The notes beneath the pieces were generated by a model. That model did no database searches. It was not told where the DNA came from and saw only the letters and a list, made by a program, of their open reading frames with translations. Positions 1 through 12,367 of a stretch of 64,000 nucleotides of DNA are shown here, in pieces. The first letter of the stretch is position 1. The number at the start of each line of letters is the position of its first letter. Both the position numbers and the translations under genes were made by a program. This DNA is from an uncultured Alphaproteobacteria bacterium. GTDB taxonomy: Bacteria; Pseudomonadota; Alphaproteobacteria; Rhizobiales; Xanthobacteraceae. The stretch covers positions 17,114-81,113 of the forward strand of contig CAWBTH010000034.1 of assembly GCA_963791665.1 (NCBI GenBank), written 5' to 3'.

Positions 1-5
1 GTCAA

Positions 6-1196
<1,191 letters not shown>

Positions 1197-1263
1197 GCGA
1201 ATAGTGAAATAGGGAGTAGCGAGTAGAAGGTTCTATTCGCTATTCGCTACTCGCCACTCACTA
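1197..1263. repeat. Inverted array of heptamers (GCGAATA/GCGAGTA vs TATTCGC/TACTCGC) forming a long hairpin
   Basis: About 4 heptamer units per arm around an AAGGTT loop, between tuf and rpsJ. Confidence 0.8.
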
Positions 1264-1280
1264 GAAGAAAGATAACGGCA

Positions 1281-1589
1281 ATGAACGGCCAGAACATCCG
1301 CATCCGTCTCAAGGCGTTCGACCATCGAATTCTTGACACGTCGACACGTGAGATCGTGAACACGGCGAAACGGACCGGTGCTCAGGTTCGCGGACCGATT
1401 CCGCTGCCGACGCGCATCGAGAAGTTCACCGTCAACCGTTCGCCGCACGTTGACAAGAAGAGCCGCGAGCAATTCGAGATGCGCACCCACAAGCGTCTTC
1501 TCGACATTGTCGATCCGACTCCGCAGACCGTCGACGCCCTCATGAAGCTCGATCTGGCCGCCGGTGTCGACGTCGAAATCAAGCTCTAA
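1281..1589 (+). CDS. rpsJ: 30S ribosomal protein S10
   Basis: [30 protein letters not shown]. Confidence 0.99.
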
Positions 1590-1640
1590 CTTTTAGCTCC
1601 CGTCCGACGCTAGCGGACAGAAAGAACAGGAAGCACGCCG

Positions 1641-2366
1641 ATGCGCTCCGGAGTGATCGCACAAAAGGTCGGGATGACGCGGGTCTTTACGGAGGCCGGC
1701 GAACATATCCCCGTGACCGTGCTGAAGCTGGGCAATTGCCAGGTGCTGGGCCACCGCACCACCGAGAAAAACGGTTACGTCGCGCTGCAACTCGGTTCGG
1801 GCACGCGCAAGACCGTCTATCTGCCGAAGGCGGAGCGGGGCCAGTTTGCGGTCTCCAAGGTCGAGCCCAAGCGCAAGGTCACCGAGTTCCGCGTGTCGGA
1901 AGACGCGCTGATCCCGGTTGGCGCCGAAATCCAGGCCGACCATTTCGTGGTCGGGCAGTTCGTCGATGTCACCGGCACCTCGGTCGGCAAGGGCTTTGCC
2001 GGCGGCATCAAGCGCTGGAACTTCGGCGGCCTGCGGGCCACCCACGGCGTTTCGGTGTCGCATCGTTCGATCGGTTCGACCGGCGGCCGCCAGGACCCCG
2101 GCAAGACGTTCAAGAACAAGAAGATGCCTGGCCACATGGGCGTCGATCGCATCACCACGCTCAATCTGCGCGTGGTGCAGACCGACGTCGCGCGCGGCCT
2201 GATCCTGGTCGAGGGCGCCGTTCCCGGCTCCAAGGGCGGCTGGATCGCGGTGCGCGACGCGGTGAAGAAGCCATTGCCGAAGGAGGCTCCCAAGCCCGGC
2301 AAGTTCAAGGTCGCCAGCGGCGGCGAGCAGGCCGCTGATGCGCCGGCCGAGCAGGAGGGCGCGTGA
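1641..2366 (+). CDS. rplC: 50S ribosomal protein L3
   Basis: [22 protein letters not shown]; operon position. Confidence 0.99.
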   Translation: MRSGVIAQKVGMTRVFTEAGEHIPVTVLKLGNCQVLGHRTTEKNGYVALQLGSGTRKTVYLPKAERGQFAVSKVEPKRKVTEFRVSEDALIPVGAEIQADHFVVGQFVDVTGTSVGKGFAGGIKRWNFGGLRATHGVSVSHRSIGSTGGRQDPGKTFKNKKMPGHMGVDRITTLNLRVVQTDVARGLILVEGAVPGSKGGWIAVRDAVKKPLPKEAPKPGKFKVASGGEQAADAPAEQEGA

Positions 2367-2367
2367 G

Positions 2368-2988
2368 ATGGAATTGAAAGTCACGACCCTTGAAGGCAAG
2401 GAAGCCGGCTCGGTTGAGCTCTCGGACGCCATTTTCGGTCTCGAGCCCCGCGCCGACATCATTGCGCGCTGCGTGCAGTGGCAGCTCAACAAGCGTCAGG
2501 CCGGCACCCACAAGGCGCAAGGCCGCGCCGATGTCTGGCGCACCGGCAAGAAGATGTACAAGCAGAAGGGCACCGGTGGTGCGCGACATGGTTCTGCCCG
2601 CGTGCCGCAGTTCCGCGGCGGCGGCCGCGCCTTCGGTCCGGTGGTCCGCTCCCACGCCACCGACCTGCCAAAAAAGGTGCGCGCCCTCGCGCTCAAGCAT
2701 GCGCTGTCGGCCAAGGCCAAGGATGGCGGCCTGATCGTGATCGACAGCGCGCAGGTCAAGGATGCCAAGACCAAGGCGCTGGTCGGACACTTCTCCGGTC
2801 TCGGTCTCACTAATGCGCTGATCATCGACGGCGCCGAGCTGCACAACGGTTTCGCGACCGCCGCCCGCAACATCCCGAACATCGACGTGCTGCCGATCCA
2901 GGGCATCAACGTCTATGACATTCTGCGCCGCCAGAAGCTGGTGCTGACCAAGGCGGCGATCGATGCGCTGGAGGCGCGCTTCAAATGA
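2368..2988 (+). CDS. rplD: 50S ribosomal protein L4
   Basis: [17 protein letters not shown]; ATG at 2368 just after the rplC stop. Confidence 0.98.
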   Translation: MELKVTTLEGKEAGSVELSDAIFGLEPRADIIARCVQWQLNKRQAGTHKAQGRADVWRTGKKMYKQKGTGGARHGSARVPQFRGGGRAFGPVVRSHATDLPKKVRALALKHALSAKAKDGGLIVIDSAQVKDAKTKALVGHFSGLGLTNALIIDGAELHNGFATAARNIPNIDVLPIQGINVYDILRRQKLVLTKAAIDALEARFK

Positions 2989-3284
2989 AGAATATCGACC
3001 CGCGCCATTACGACATCATTGTCGCCCCGGTCGTGACCGAAAAGGCGACACTCGCCTCCGAGCACAACAAGGTGTTGTTCAAGGTCGCGAGCAAGGCGAC
3101 CAAGGCGCAGATCAAGGAAGCGGTCGAGAAGCTGTTCGACGTCAAGGTGAAGAGCGTGAACACGATGATTCGCAAGGGCAAGACCAAGGTGTTTCGCGGC
3201 AATTTCGGTTCGCAGTCGGACGTGAAGCGCGCGATCGTGACCCTCGAAGAGGGCCACCGCATCGACGTCACCACCGGACTATAG
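2985..3284 (+). CDS. rplW: 50S ribosomal protein L23
   Basis: [20 protein letters not shown]. Confidence 0.98.
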   Translation: MKNIDPRHYDIIVAPVVTEKATLASEHNKVLFKVASKATKAQIKEAVEKLFDVKVKSVNTMIRKGKTKVFRGNFGSQSDVKRAIVTLEEGHRIDVTTGL

Positions 3285-3296
3285 GGCGATACGACG

Positions 3297-4130
3297 ATGG
3301 CATTGAAAACATTCAACCCCACGACGCCCGGCCAGCGCCAGTTGGTGATGGTCGATCGCTCGGCGCTCTACAAGGGCAAGCCGGTCAAGGCACTGACCGA
3401 AGGCAAGCTCGGCAGCGGCGGCCGCAACAACACCGGCCGCATCACCGTGCGCTTCCGCGGCGGCGGCCACAAGAAGGCCTATCGCACCGTTGACTTCAAG
3501 CGTTCCAAGGTCGACATGCCGGCGACCGTCGAGCGGCTGGAATATGATCCGAACCGCACCGCCTTCATCGCGCTGATCAAGTATCAGGACGGCGAGCAGG
3601 CCTACATCCTGGCGCCGCAGCGGCTTGCCGCCGGCGACACCGTGGTCGCGGGCAATCATGTCGACGTCAAGCCCGGCAACGTGATGCCGCTCGGCAACAT
3701 GCCGGTCGGTACCATCGTCCACAATGTCGAGATGAAGATCGGCAAGGGCGGCCAGCTCGCGCGCTCCGCCGGCACCTATGCCCAGATCGTCGGCCGTGAT
3801 CAGGACTACGTCATTGTCCGGCTGAACTCGGGCGAGCAGCGCCTGGTCCATGGCCGTTGCCGCGGCACCATCGGCGCCGTCTCCAATCCCGACCACATGA
3901 ACATCTCGATCGGCAAGGCCGGTCGTACCCGTTGGCTGGGCTGGCGCCCGCACAACCGCGGCGTCGTCATGAACCCGATCGATCACCCGCATGGCGGCGG
4001 CGAAGGCCGCACCTCGGGCGGCCGTCACCCGGTGACGCCGTGGGGCAAGCCGACCAAGGGCAAGAAGACCCGCTCCAACAAGTCCACCAACCGATTCATT
4101 CTCATCAGCCGCCACAAGCGGAAGAAGTAA
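3297..4130 (+). CDS. rplB: 50S ribosomal protein L2
   Basis: [19 protein letters not shown]. Confidence 0.99.
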   Translation: MALKTFNPTTPGQRQLVMVDRSALYKGKPVKALTEGKLGSGGRNNTGRITVRFRGGGHKKAYRTVDFKRSKVDMPATVERLEYDPNRTAFIALIKYQDGEQAYILAPQRLAAGDTVVAGNHVDVKPGNVMPLGNMPVGTIVHNVEMKIGKGGQLARSAGTYAQIVGRDQDYVIVRLNSGEQRLVHGRCRGTIGAVSNPDHMNISIGKAGRTRWLGWRPHNRGVVMNPIDHPHGGGEGRTSGGRHPVTPWGKPTKGKKTRSNKSTNRFILISRHKRKK

Positions 4131-4142
4131 GGAACGCCGGAC

Positions 4143-4421
4143 ATGGTTCGTTCAGTCTGGAAAGGCCCGTTCGTCGAAGGCTCGCTGCTGAAGAAGGCAG
4201 ATGCCGCGCGCGCGTCTGGCCGTCACGACGTGATCAAGATCTGGAGCCGCCGCTCGACCATCCTGCCGCAGTTCGTCGGTCTGGTATTCGGCGTCTACAA
4301 CGGCCAGAAGCACGTGCCGGTTTCGGTCAACGAGGAAATGGTCGGACACAAGTTCGGCGAATTCTCGCCGACCCGGACCTTCCACGGCCATTCTGGCGAC
4401 AAGAAAGCCAAGAAGGCTTGA
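4143..4421 (+). CDS. rpsS: 30S ribosomal protein S19
   Basis: [20 protein letters not shown]. Confidence 0.99.
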   Translation: MVRSVWKGPFVEGSLLKKADAARASGRHDVIKIWSRRSTILPQFVGLVFGVYNGQKHVPVSVNEEMVGHKFGEFSPTRTFHGHSGDKKAKKA

Positions 4422-4431
4422 GGATTAAGCG

Positions 4432-4819
4432 ATGAGCAAACCTAAGCGCGAACGGAGCCTTTCGGACAACGAGGCCAAGGCGGTCGCCCGGATGCTGCGG
4501 GTGAGCCCGCAGAAGCTCAACCTTGTCGCGCAGCTAATCCGCGGCAGGAAGGCCTCGGCGGCGCTCGCCGATCTGCAGTTTTCGCGCAAGCGGATCGCGG
4601 TCGACGTCAAGAAGTGCCTGGAATTCGGCGATCGCCAATGCCGAGAACAATCACGACCTCGATGTCGACGATCTGGTCGTCTCCGAGGCGCATGTCGGCA
4701 ACGGCATAGTCATGAAGCGTTTCGCACCGCGCGGCCGTGGCCGTTCGGGCCGTGTCTTTAAACCGTTCTCGCAACTGACGATCGTGGTTCGTCAGGTCGA
4801 GGCCGAGGCGAGCGCTTAA
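4432..4819 (+). CDS. rplV: 50S ribosomal protein L22 (apparent +1 indel near 4624)
   Basis: [12 protein letters not shown]-terminus; [10 protein letters not shown]...PRGRGRSG continues in another frame to TAA at 4817-4819. Confidence 0.95.
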
Positions 4820-4838
4820 AAGAGCGCGGGAGAAAACG

Positions 4839-5537
4839 ATGGGTCAGAAGATCAATCCGATCGGGCTGCGTCTGGGGATCAACCGGACCTGGGATTCGCG
4901 CTGGTATTCCGGCAAGGGCGAATACGGCAAGCTGCTGCATGAAGACGTCAAGATCCGCGAGATCCTGCACAAGGAGCTGAAGCAGGCGGCGGTCGCCAGG
5001 ATCGTGATCGAGCGCCCACACAAGAAGTGCCGGGTGACGATCCACTCGGCGCGTCCCGGCGTCGTGATCGGCAAGAAGGGTGCCGACATCGACAAGCTGC
5101 GCAAGCGGGTTGCCGACATCACCGCATCCGACGTCGTCATCAACATCGTCGAGATCCGCAAGCCCGAACTTGACGCCACGCTGGTCGCCGAATCGATCGC
5201 GCAGCAGCTCGAGCGCCGCGTCGCATTCCGTCGCGCGATGAAGCGCGCGGTGCAGTCGGCGATGCGCCTTGGCGCCGAAGGCATTCGCATCAACTGCTCA
5301 GGCCGTCTCGGCGGCGCCGAAATCGCCCGCATGGAATGGTACCGCGAGGGGCGGGTGCCGCTGCACACGCTGCGCGCCGATATCGACTATGGCGTCGCGA
5401 CGGCATTCACCACGTTCGGCACCTGCGGCGTCAAGGTCTGGATCTTCAAGGGCGAGATCCTCGAGCACGATCCGATGGCCCAGGACAAGAAGATGGCCGA
5501 GGGCGACAGTTCGCGGCCGCGTCGCGATGCTGCTTGA
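4839..5537 (+). CDS. rpsC: 30S ribosomal protein S3
   Basis: [34 protein letters not shown]. Confidence 0.99.
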   Translation: MGQKINPIGLRLGINRTWDSRWYSGKGEYGKLLHEDVKIREILHKELKQAAVARIVIERPHKKCRVTIHSARPGVVIGKKGADIDKLRKRVADITASDVVINIVEIRKPELDATLVAESIAQQLERRVAFRRAMKRAVQSAMRLGAEGIRINCSGRLGGAEIARMEWYREGRVPLHTLRADIDYGVATAFTTFGTCGVKVWIFKGEILEHDPMAQDKKMAEGDSSRPRRDAA

Positions 5538-5568
5538 GCGCAATAGAGAAGGTTTGAGGGCGTAAGCC

Positions 5569-5982
5569 ATGATGCAACCAAAGAAAACGAAGTTCCGGAA
5601 GGCGCATAAGGGCCGTATCCACGGTACCGCGACTTCGGGCGCGACGTTGTCGTTCGGTCAGTTCGGCCTGAAGGCGATGGCGCCGGAGCGCATCACCGCG
5701 CGCCAGATCGAAGCCGCTCGCCGCGCGCTGACCCGCCACATGAAGCGCGCCGGCCGGGTCTGGATCCGGATCTTCCCCGACGTTCCGGTATCGAAGAAGC
5801 CGGCCGAAGTGCGCATGGGCTCGGGCAAGGGCACCCCGGAATTGTGGGTGGCGCGGGTCAAGCCTGGCCGCGTGATTTTCGAGATCGACGGCGTCACGGT
5901 GCAGACCGCGAGGGAAGCGCTGTCGCTTGCCGCCGCCAAATTGCCGATCAAGACGCGCTTCGTGGCGCGCATTGCGGAGTAG
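5569..5982 (+). CDS. rplP: 50S ribosomal protein L16
   Basis: [23 protein letters not shown]. Confidence 0.99.
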   Translation: MMQPKKTKFRKAHKGRIHGTATSGATLSFGQFGLKAMAPERITARQIEAARRALTRHMKRAGRVWIRIFPDVPVSKKPAEVRMGSGKGTPELWVARVKPGRVIFEIDGVTVQTAREALSLAAAKLPIKTRFVARIAE

Positions 5983-5987
5983 TGGTC

Positions 5988-6194
5988 ATGGCCGAGTTGA
6001 AAACCGCCGATATCCGCGCGATGAGCCCCGATCAGATGGACGACGCCGTCCTCAATCTGAAGAAGGAGCGCTTCAATCTGCGTTTCCAGCGCGCCACCGG
6101 GCAGCTCGAGAACACCTCGCGGCTGCGCGAAGCCCGCCGCGACATCGCCCGCATCAAGACCATCGCCGCGCAACAGCGCGCGAAGAAGAAGTAA
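5988..6194 (+). CDS. rpmC: 50S ribosomal protein L29
   Basis: [19 protein letters not shown]...RRDIARIKT. Confidence 0.98.
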   Translation: MAELKTADIRAMSPDQMDDAVLNLKKERFNLRFQRATGQLENTSRLREARRDIARIKTIAAQQRAKKK

Positions 6195-6204
6195 GGGGCT
6201 TAAA

Positions 6205-6453
6205 ATGCCGAAACGTACGCTTCAGGGTGTGGTCGTCAGCGACAAGCAGGCCAAGACGGTCGTGGTGCGCGTCGATCGCCGCTTCACCCATCCGATCTAC
6301 AAGAAGACGATTCGCCGCTCCAAGAACTATCACGCGCACGACGAGAACAGCGAGTTCAAGCCGGGTGACATGGTGTGGATCGAGGAAAGCAAGCCGATCT
6401 CGAAGATGAAGCGCTGGACGGTGGTCCGGGGCGAGCAGAAGAAAACGGCCTGA
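6205..6453 (+). CDS. rpsQ: 30S ribosomal protein S17
   Basis: GVVVSDK, HPIYKK, AHDE, PISK. Confidence 0.99.
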   Translation: MPKRTLQGVVVSDKQAKTVVVRVDRRFTHPIYKKTIRRSKNYHAHDENSEFKPGDMVWIEESKPISKMKRWTVVRGEQKKTA

Positions 6454-6534
6454 GGTCGGCTCGGCGCGCCGAACCGGACTTTCAGGAAATTTCAGGCGCA
6501 AACCTGCGCAGCAGAAAGAGGACGAGGTGCATCA

Positions 6535-6903
6535 ATGATTCAGATGCAGACCAACCTCGACGTGGCCGACAATTCAGGCGCACGCCGTGTCATGTGCATC
6601 AAGGTGCTTGGGGGCTCCAAGCGCCGCTATGCCACCGTGGGCGACGTCATCGTGGTGTCGATCAAGGAAGCGATCCCGCGCGGCAAGGTGAAGAAAGGCG
6701 ACGTGATGAAGGCCGTCGTGGTGCGGGTCCGCAAGGACATCCGCCGCGCCGACGGCTCCGTCATCCGCTTCGACCGCAACGCCGCCGTGCTGATCAACAA
6801 CCAGTCGGAGCCGGTCGGCACCCGTATCTTCGGGCCGGTGCCGCGCGAGCTGCGCGCCAAGAACCACATGAAGATCATTTCGCTTGCGCCGGAGGTGCTG
6901 TGA
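6535..6903 (+). CDS. rplN: 50S ribosomal protein L14
   Basis: [26 protein letters not shown]. Confidence 0.99.
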
Positions 6904-7217
6904 TGGCTGCCAAGATCCGGAAGGGTGACAAGGTCATCGTTCTCAACGGCCGCGACAAGGGTCGCACCGGCGAGGTATTCGAGGTGCGTCCGGACGAGGG
7001 CAAGGCGCTGGTTCGCGGCATCAATCTCGTGAAGCGCCACCAGAAGCAGACCCAGGCCCAGGAGGGCGGCATCATCTCCAAGGAGTCGCCGATCCACCTG
7101 TCCAACATCGCGTTCGTCGGCAAGGACGGCAAACCGACCCGCGTCGGATTCGAAATTCAGACGGATGGCACCAAGGTACGCATCGCCAAACGCTCGGGAG
7201 CAGAGATCGATGGCTGA
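6903..7217 (+). CDS. rplX: 50S ribosomal protein L24
   Basis: [25 protein letters not shown]; ATG overlaps the rplN stop. Confidence 0.98.
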   Translation: MAAKIRKGDKVIVLNGRDKGRTGEVFEVRPDEGKALVRGINLVKRHQKQTQAQEGGIISKESPIHLSNIAFVGKDGKPTRVGFEIQTDGTKVRIAKRSGAEIDG

Positions 7218-7767
7218 GACCGCCTACGTACCGCGCTTGCGCGCGGAATATGACAAGAGCATCCGTGGCAAGCTGACGGAACAGTTCGGCTACGCCAATG
7301 TCATGCAGGTGCCGCGGCTCGATAAGGTCGTGCTCAACATGGGCGTCGGCGAGGCTGTCAACGACCGCAAGAAAGCCGAACTGGCGGCGGCCGATCTGTC
7401 GCTGATCGCCGGCCAGAAGGCGATCGTGACCTATTCGCGGATCGCGATCGCGACCTACAAGCTGCGTGAAAACCAGCCGATCGGCTGCAAGGTGACGCTG
7501 CGCAAGACCAAGATGTACGAATTCATCGATCGCCTGGTCAATGTCGCGCTGCCGCGCGTGCGCGACTTCCGCGGCCTCAACCCGAAGAGCTTCGACGGCC
7601 GCGGCAACTATTCGCTCGGCATCAAGGAGCACATCATTTTCCCCGAAATCGACTTCGACAAGATGGGGGAAACATGGGGCATGGACGTCACGGTCTGCAC
7701 CACGGCGAGCAGCGACGACGAAGCGCGAGCCTTGTTGACCGCATTCAATTTCCCGTTCCGGCAGTGA
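7210..7767 (+). CDS. rplE: 50S ribosomal protein L5
   Basis: [32 protein letters not shown]. Confidence 0.99.
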   Translation: MAETAYVPRLRAEYDKSIRGKLTEQFGYANVMQVPRLDKVVLNMGVGEAVNDRKKAELAAADLSLIAGQKAIVTYSRIAIATYKLRENQPIGCKVTLRKTKMYEFIDRLVNVALPRVRDFRGLNPKSFDGRGNYSLGIKEHIIFPEIDFDKMGETWGMDVTVCTTASSDDEARALLTAFNFPFRQ

Positions 7768-7810
7768 GACGCTGAACAGCCTCTCAAACGCGGAAACCCA
7801 GGAGCCAAGC

Positions 7811-8117
7811 ATGGCAAAGAAGAGTTCGATCGAGAAGAACAACCGTCGCAAGCGGATGACCAAGAACGCCGCGGCCCGCGCGCGCGAAGCTGAAGGCCAT
7901 CATCGCCGACAAGAAGAAGCCGATGGAAGAGCGCTTCGCGGCGACGCTGAAGCTCGCCGAGATGCCGCGCAATTCGTCGGCGACGCGGATTCGCAACCGC
8001 TGCGAAATGACCGGCCGGCCGCGCTCGGTCTATCGCAAGAACAAGCTCAGCCGCATCGCGCTGCGTGAACTCGGCTCCAAGGGCCTGGTTCCCGGGCTCG
8101 TGAAGTCGAGCTGGTAA
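7811..8117 (+). CDS. rpsN: 30S ribosomal protein S14 (apparent indel near 7880)
   Basis: [10 protein letters not shown] start; [26 protein letters not shown] in a second frame. Confidence 0.95.
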
Positions 8118-8129
8118 GGGGGTCGTCAG

Positions 8130-8527
8130 ATGTCAACGCACGATCCGATCAGCGATCTCATCACCCGCATCCGCAACGCGCAGATGCGCGCCAAGCCCAA
8201 GGTTTCGACCCCGGGCTCGAAGATGCGCGCCAATGTGCTCGAAGTGCTCAAGTCCGAAGGCTATATCCGCGGCTATGCCAGCGTCGAGCATTCCCGGGCC
8301 GCAGCGAGCTCGAGATCGAGCTGAAGTATTTCGACGGCGAGCCGGTGATCCGCGAGATCGAGCGGGTATCGAAGCCGGGGCGGCGGGTTTATGCCTCGGT
8401 GAAGAACCTGCCGCGCGTGAACAACGGGCTCGGAATTTCGGTGTTGTCGACGCCGAAGGGAATCATGGCCGACCACGACGCGCGTGACGCGAATGTGGGC
8501 GGCGAAATTCTCTTCACGGTGTTCTGA
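8130..8527 (+). CDS. rpsH: 30S ribosomal protein S8 (apparent indel near 8297)
   Basis: [13 protein letters not shown]; [16 protein letters not shown] in a second frame. Confidence 0.95.
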
Positions 8528-8541
8528 GGAAGGGATCAGCC

Positions 8542-9075
8542 ATGTCACGTATCGGCAAGCGGCCTGTGACGGTCCCGTCGGGCGTGACCGCGACCGTCGA
8601 AGGACAGACCGTAAAGATGAAGGGGCCGAAGGGCCAGCTTCAGTTCATCGTTCATGACGACGTCGAGGTGAAGTTCGAGAACGGCGCGGTCAAGGTTGCG
8701 CCGCGGGTCGAGACCAACCGCGCGCAGGCGATGTACGGCACCGCGCGCGCCCAGGTCGCCAATCTGGTCGACGGCGTCACCAAGGGCTTCGAGAAGAAGC
8801 TCGAGATCACCGGCGTCGGTTATCGCGCCGCGCTGCAGGGCAAGAACCTGCAGCTCGCGCTCGGCTACAGCCACGACGTGGTCTATGCGATCCCGGAAGG
8901 CATCGCGATCACGGTGCCGAAGCCGACCGAGATCGTCATCACCGGCAGCGACTCCCAGCGCGTCGGCCAGGTCGCGGCCGAAATCCGCAACTACCGTCCG
9001 CCGGAGCCCTACAAGGGCAAGGGCGTGAAGTATTCCGACGAATTCATCTTCCGCAAGGAAGGCAAGAAGAAGTAA
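8542..9075 (+). CDS. rplF: 50S ribosomal protein L6
   Basis: [24 protein letters not shown]. Confidence 0.99.
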   Translation: MSRIGKRPVTVPSGVTATVEGQTVKMKGPKGQLQFIVHDDVEVKFENGAVKVAPRVETNRAQAMYGTARAQVANLVDGVTKGFEKKLEITGVGYRAALQGKNLQLALGYSHDVVYAIPEGIAITVPKPTEIVITGSDSQRVGQVAAEIRNYRPPEPYKGKGVKYSDEFIFRKEGKKK

Positions 9076-9086
9076 CGGAGCCGGCC

Positions 9087-9450
9087 ATGTCGAGACTCAA
9101 GATCACCAATGCCCGGCGCAAGCAACGCGTGCGGCTGTCTTTGCGCCGCACCGCGAGCGGCCGTCCGCGGCTGTCGGTGTTCCGTTCGTCGAAGCACATC
9201 TATGCGCAGGTCATCGACGACCTGAAGGGCGAGACGCTGGCTTCGGCTTCGTCGCTGGAGAAGACGATGCGCGAGGGCGGCAACACCGGCGCCAACATCG
9301 ACGCGGCCAAGGCGGTCGGCAAGCTGCGTGGCCGAGCGTGCGGTCAAGAACGGCGTCAAGGAAGTCGTGTTCGACCGCGGCAGCTATCTCTATCACGGCC
9401 GGGTCAAGGCGCTGGCCGATGCGGCGCGCGAAGGCGGGTTGAGGTTCTAA
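9087..9450 (+). CDS. rplR: 50S ribosomal protein L18 (apparent indel near 9328)
   Basis: [19 protein letters not shown]; [27 protein letters not shown] in a second frame. Confidence 0.95.
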
Positions 9451-9519
9451 CGGATCGGTATTGTACGGACGATCAGCGCCACAGAGGCTTTGGGCAGCTC
9501 TCAAGGATTGGAAAACACC

Positions 9520-10094
9520 ATGGCAGGTGAACGGGAACGCGGCGGACGCGAACGGGGCGGGATCGCGAAGAGCGCGACAGCGAGTTCGTCGACAAGCTCG
9601 TCCACATCAATCGCGTGGCGAAGGTCGTCAAGGGCGGCAAGCGCTTCGGATTTGCGGCGCTGGTCGTGATCGGCGACCAGAAGGGCCGGGTCGGTTTCGG
9701 CCACGGCAAGGCGCGCGAAGTGCCGGAGGCGATCCGCAAGGCGACCGAATCGGCCAAGCGCAATTTGACGCGGGTGGCGCTGCGCGAAGGCCGCACGCTG
9801 CATCACGACATCGCCGGCCGTCATGGCGCCGGCCGGGTCTATCTGCGCGCGGCTCCGGCCGGCACCGGCATCATCGCCGGCGGTCCGATGCGCGCGGTGT
9901 TCGAGACGCTCGGCATCCAGGACGTGGTGGCGAAGTCGATCGGTTCGTCGAACCCCTACAACATGGTTCGCGCCACGTTCGATGCGCTGAAGCACCAGGA
10001 TTCGCCGCGCTCGGTTGCGGCGCGCCGCAACATCAAGGTGTCCACGCTGCAGGCCCGCCGCGTCGGCGGCGACGCCGAAGTCGTGGCGGAATAA
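9520..10094 (+). CDS. rpsE: 30S ribosomal protein S5 (apparent indel near 9558)
   Basis: [29 protein letters not shown]. Confidence 0.95.
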
Positions 10095-10129
10095 ACAATA
10101 CGCGCGATCAGGTTTCGGAGTTGATGACG

Positions 10130-10324
10130 ATGGCCAAGGCCGCAAAGACGATCAAGGTCGAGCAGACCGGCAGCCCGATCCGCCGCCATCATTCGCAGCG
10201 CGCGACGCTGATCGGGCTCAATCTCAACAAGATCGGCCGCGTCAGCGAACTGCCGGACACCCCTGCGGTTCGCGGCATGATCGCCAAGGTTCACCATCTC
10301 GTCCGCGTCGTCGGCGGGAAATAA
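10130..10324 (+). CDS. rpmD: 50S ribosomal protein L30
   Basis: [25 protein letters not shown]. Confidence 0.97.
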   Translation: MAKAAKTIKVEQTGSPIRRHHSQRATLIGLNLNKIGRVSELPDTPAVRGMIAKVHHLVRVVGGK

Positions 10325-10331
10325 ATTCAGC

Positions 10332-10379
10332 GCGCATCATCCCGAAAGTGGGCACCGGTTTTCGGACAAGATGATGCGC
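10332..10379. repeat. Short rhizobial-type palindromic element
   Basis: GCGCATCAT...ATGATGCGC arms enclosing CCGAAA..ACCGGT..TTCGG. Confidence 0.65.
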
Positions 10380-10392
10380 AAAACAAGGAGCG

Positions 10393-10882
10393 ATGAAGCT
10401 CACGAGATCGCCGACAACGCCGGCTCGCGCAAGAAGCGCATGCGCGTCGGCCGTGGCATCGGCTCAGGCAAGGGCAAGCGGCAGGCCGCGGCGGCAAGGG
10501 CCAGACCGCGCGTACCGGCGTGCGCATCAAGGGTTTCGAAGGCGGCCAGATGCCGTTGCATCGCCGCCTGCCGAAGCGCGGCTTCAACAACGTGTTCCGG
10601 CTCGAGTATCGCCGAGATCAATCTCGACCGGCTGCAGGACGCGATCAACGCCAAGACGATCGACACAAGTGCGGTCATCAACGCGGAATCGCTGGTGAAG
10701 GCCGGCGTGCTGCGGCGCGCCAAGGCCGGCGTGCGGCTGCTCGGCCGCGGCGAGATCAAGGCCAAGATCAATGTCGAGGTGCACGGCGCCTCGAAGTCGG
10801 CGGTGGCGGCGGTCGAGAAGGCCGGCGGCACCGTGAAGATCCTGGCGCCCGTCGAGCCAAGGACGAAGGCAAGGCGGCGTAA
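10393..10882 (+). CDS. rplO: 50S ribosomal protein L15 (several apparent indels)
   Basis: [37 protein letters not shown] spread over several frames. Confidence 0.93.
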
Positions 10883-11034
10883 CATCTGCGTCATCGCGGG
10901 GCCCGGGTTCCGCGATTTCGCCCAATGAATGATGGACTTATCGAAGTCGGGCCCCAAATAATGCCCGGCGTCTGCTGACGGTTCCGCCAAGGTCGCGGGA
11001 CAAGCGATGCAAAGGCGGCGGGAGAAAGCCAGAC

Positions 11035-12367
11035 ATGCCCTCAGCAGCAGAACAACTTGCAGCCAATCTCAACTCTCGGCGCCTTCGCCAAGGCCGACGA
11101 GCTGAAGAAGCGGATCTGGTTCACGCTCGGTGCGCTCTTGGTGTACCGGCTCGGCACCTACATCCCGCTGCCCGGCATCGATCCCAACATCTGGGAGCAG
11201 GTGTTCCGCACGCAAGCCGGCGGCATCCTCGGCATGTTCAACATGTTCGCCGGCGGCGGCATCCACCGCATGGCGATCTTCGCGTTGAACATCATGCCGT
11301 ACATCTCGGCATCGATCATCATCCAGCTCCTGACCACCGTCTCGCCGCAGCTCGAAGCGCTGAAGAAGGAAGGCGAGGCCGGGCGCAAGATTCTGAACCA
11401 GTACACCCGTTACCTCACGGTGCTTCTTGCCGCATTCCAGTCCTACGGCATCGCCGTCGGCCTCGAGGGCGCCGGCAACGTCGTCTCCGATCCCGGATTT
11501 TTCTTCCGCATCTCGACCGCGGTGACGCTGACCGGCGGCACCATGTTCCTGATGTGGCTCGGCGAGCAGATTACATCGCGCGGAATCGGCAATGGCATCT
11601 CGCTGATCATCCTGTCCGGCATCGTGGCCGAACTGCCGTCGGCGCTCGCCAACATGCTCGAACTCGGCCGCCAGGGCGCGTTGTCGACCGGTTTGATCCT
11701 GATCGTGATCGTGATGGTGGTCGTCGTGATCGCCTTCATCGTGTTCATGGAGCGTGCGCAGCGGCGATTGCTGATCCAGTATCCGAAGCGCCAGGTCGGC
11801 AACAAGCAGTTCGAGGGCCAGTCCTCGCATCTGCCGCTCAAGCTCAATACCTCCGGCGTGATTCCGCCGATCTTCGCCTCGTCGCTGCTGCTGCTGCCGA
11901 CCACGGTCGCCAACTTCAACGCGGGCAAGGGGCCGGAATGGTTCCAGTGGCTCACCACCCAGCTCGGCCATGGCCGTCCGCTGTTCCTGTTCCTCTATCT
12001 GGCGCTGATCGTTTTCTTCGCCTTCTTCTACACCGCGATCGTGTTCAACCCGACCGAGACCGCGGACAATCTGAAGAAGCATGGCGGTTTCATCCCGGGC
12101 TATCGTCCGGGTGAGCGCACCGCCGAATATATCGACTATGTGCTGTCGCGCATCACCGTGGTCGGCGCGATTTATCTCGCGATCGTCTGCTTGATCCCGG
12201 AAATCCTGATCTCCTACGCGTCCGTGCCGTTCTACTTCGGCGGCACCTCGCTCCTGATCGTGGTCAGCGTGACCATGGATACGGTGGCGCAGGTGCAGGG
12301 CTATCTGCTCGCCCATCAATATGAGGGGCTGATCAGGAAGTCGAAGCTGCGGGGCCGTCGTAGATGA
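11035..12367 (+). CDS. secY: Preprotein translocase SecY (apparent indel near 11075)
   Basis: IFALNIMPYISASII, WLGEQIT.RGIGNGISL, LPLKLN, IPGYRPG, FGGTSLLIVV. Confidence 0.98.

Noticed and set aside
1197-1263. CRISPR-like array interpretation of the short repeats
   Set aside because: The units are 7-mers without spacers and are arranged as inverted arms. No cas genes are in the window.
4432-11100. Programmed frameshifting or pseudogenisation of ribosomal protein genes
   Set aside because: The genes are essential, the indels are scattered with no common slippery site, and the proteins are otherwise conserved. Sequencing error is far more likely.
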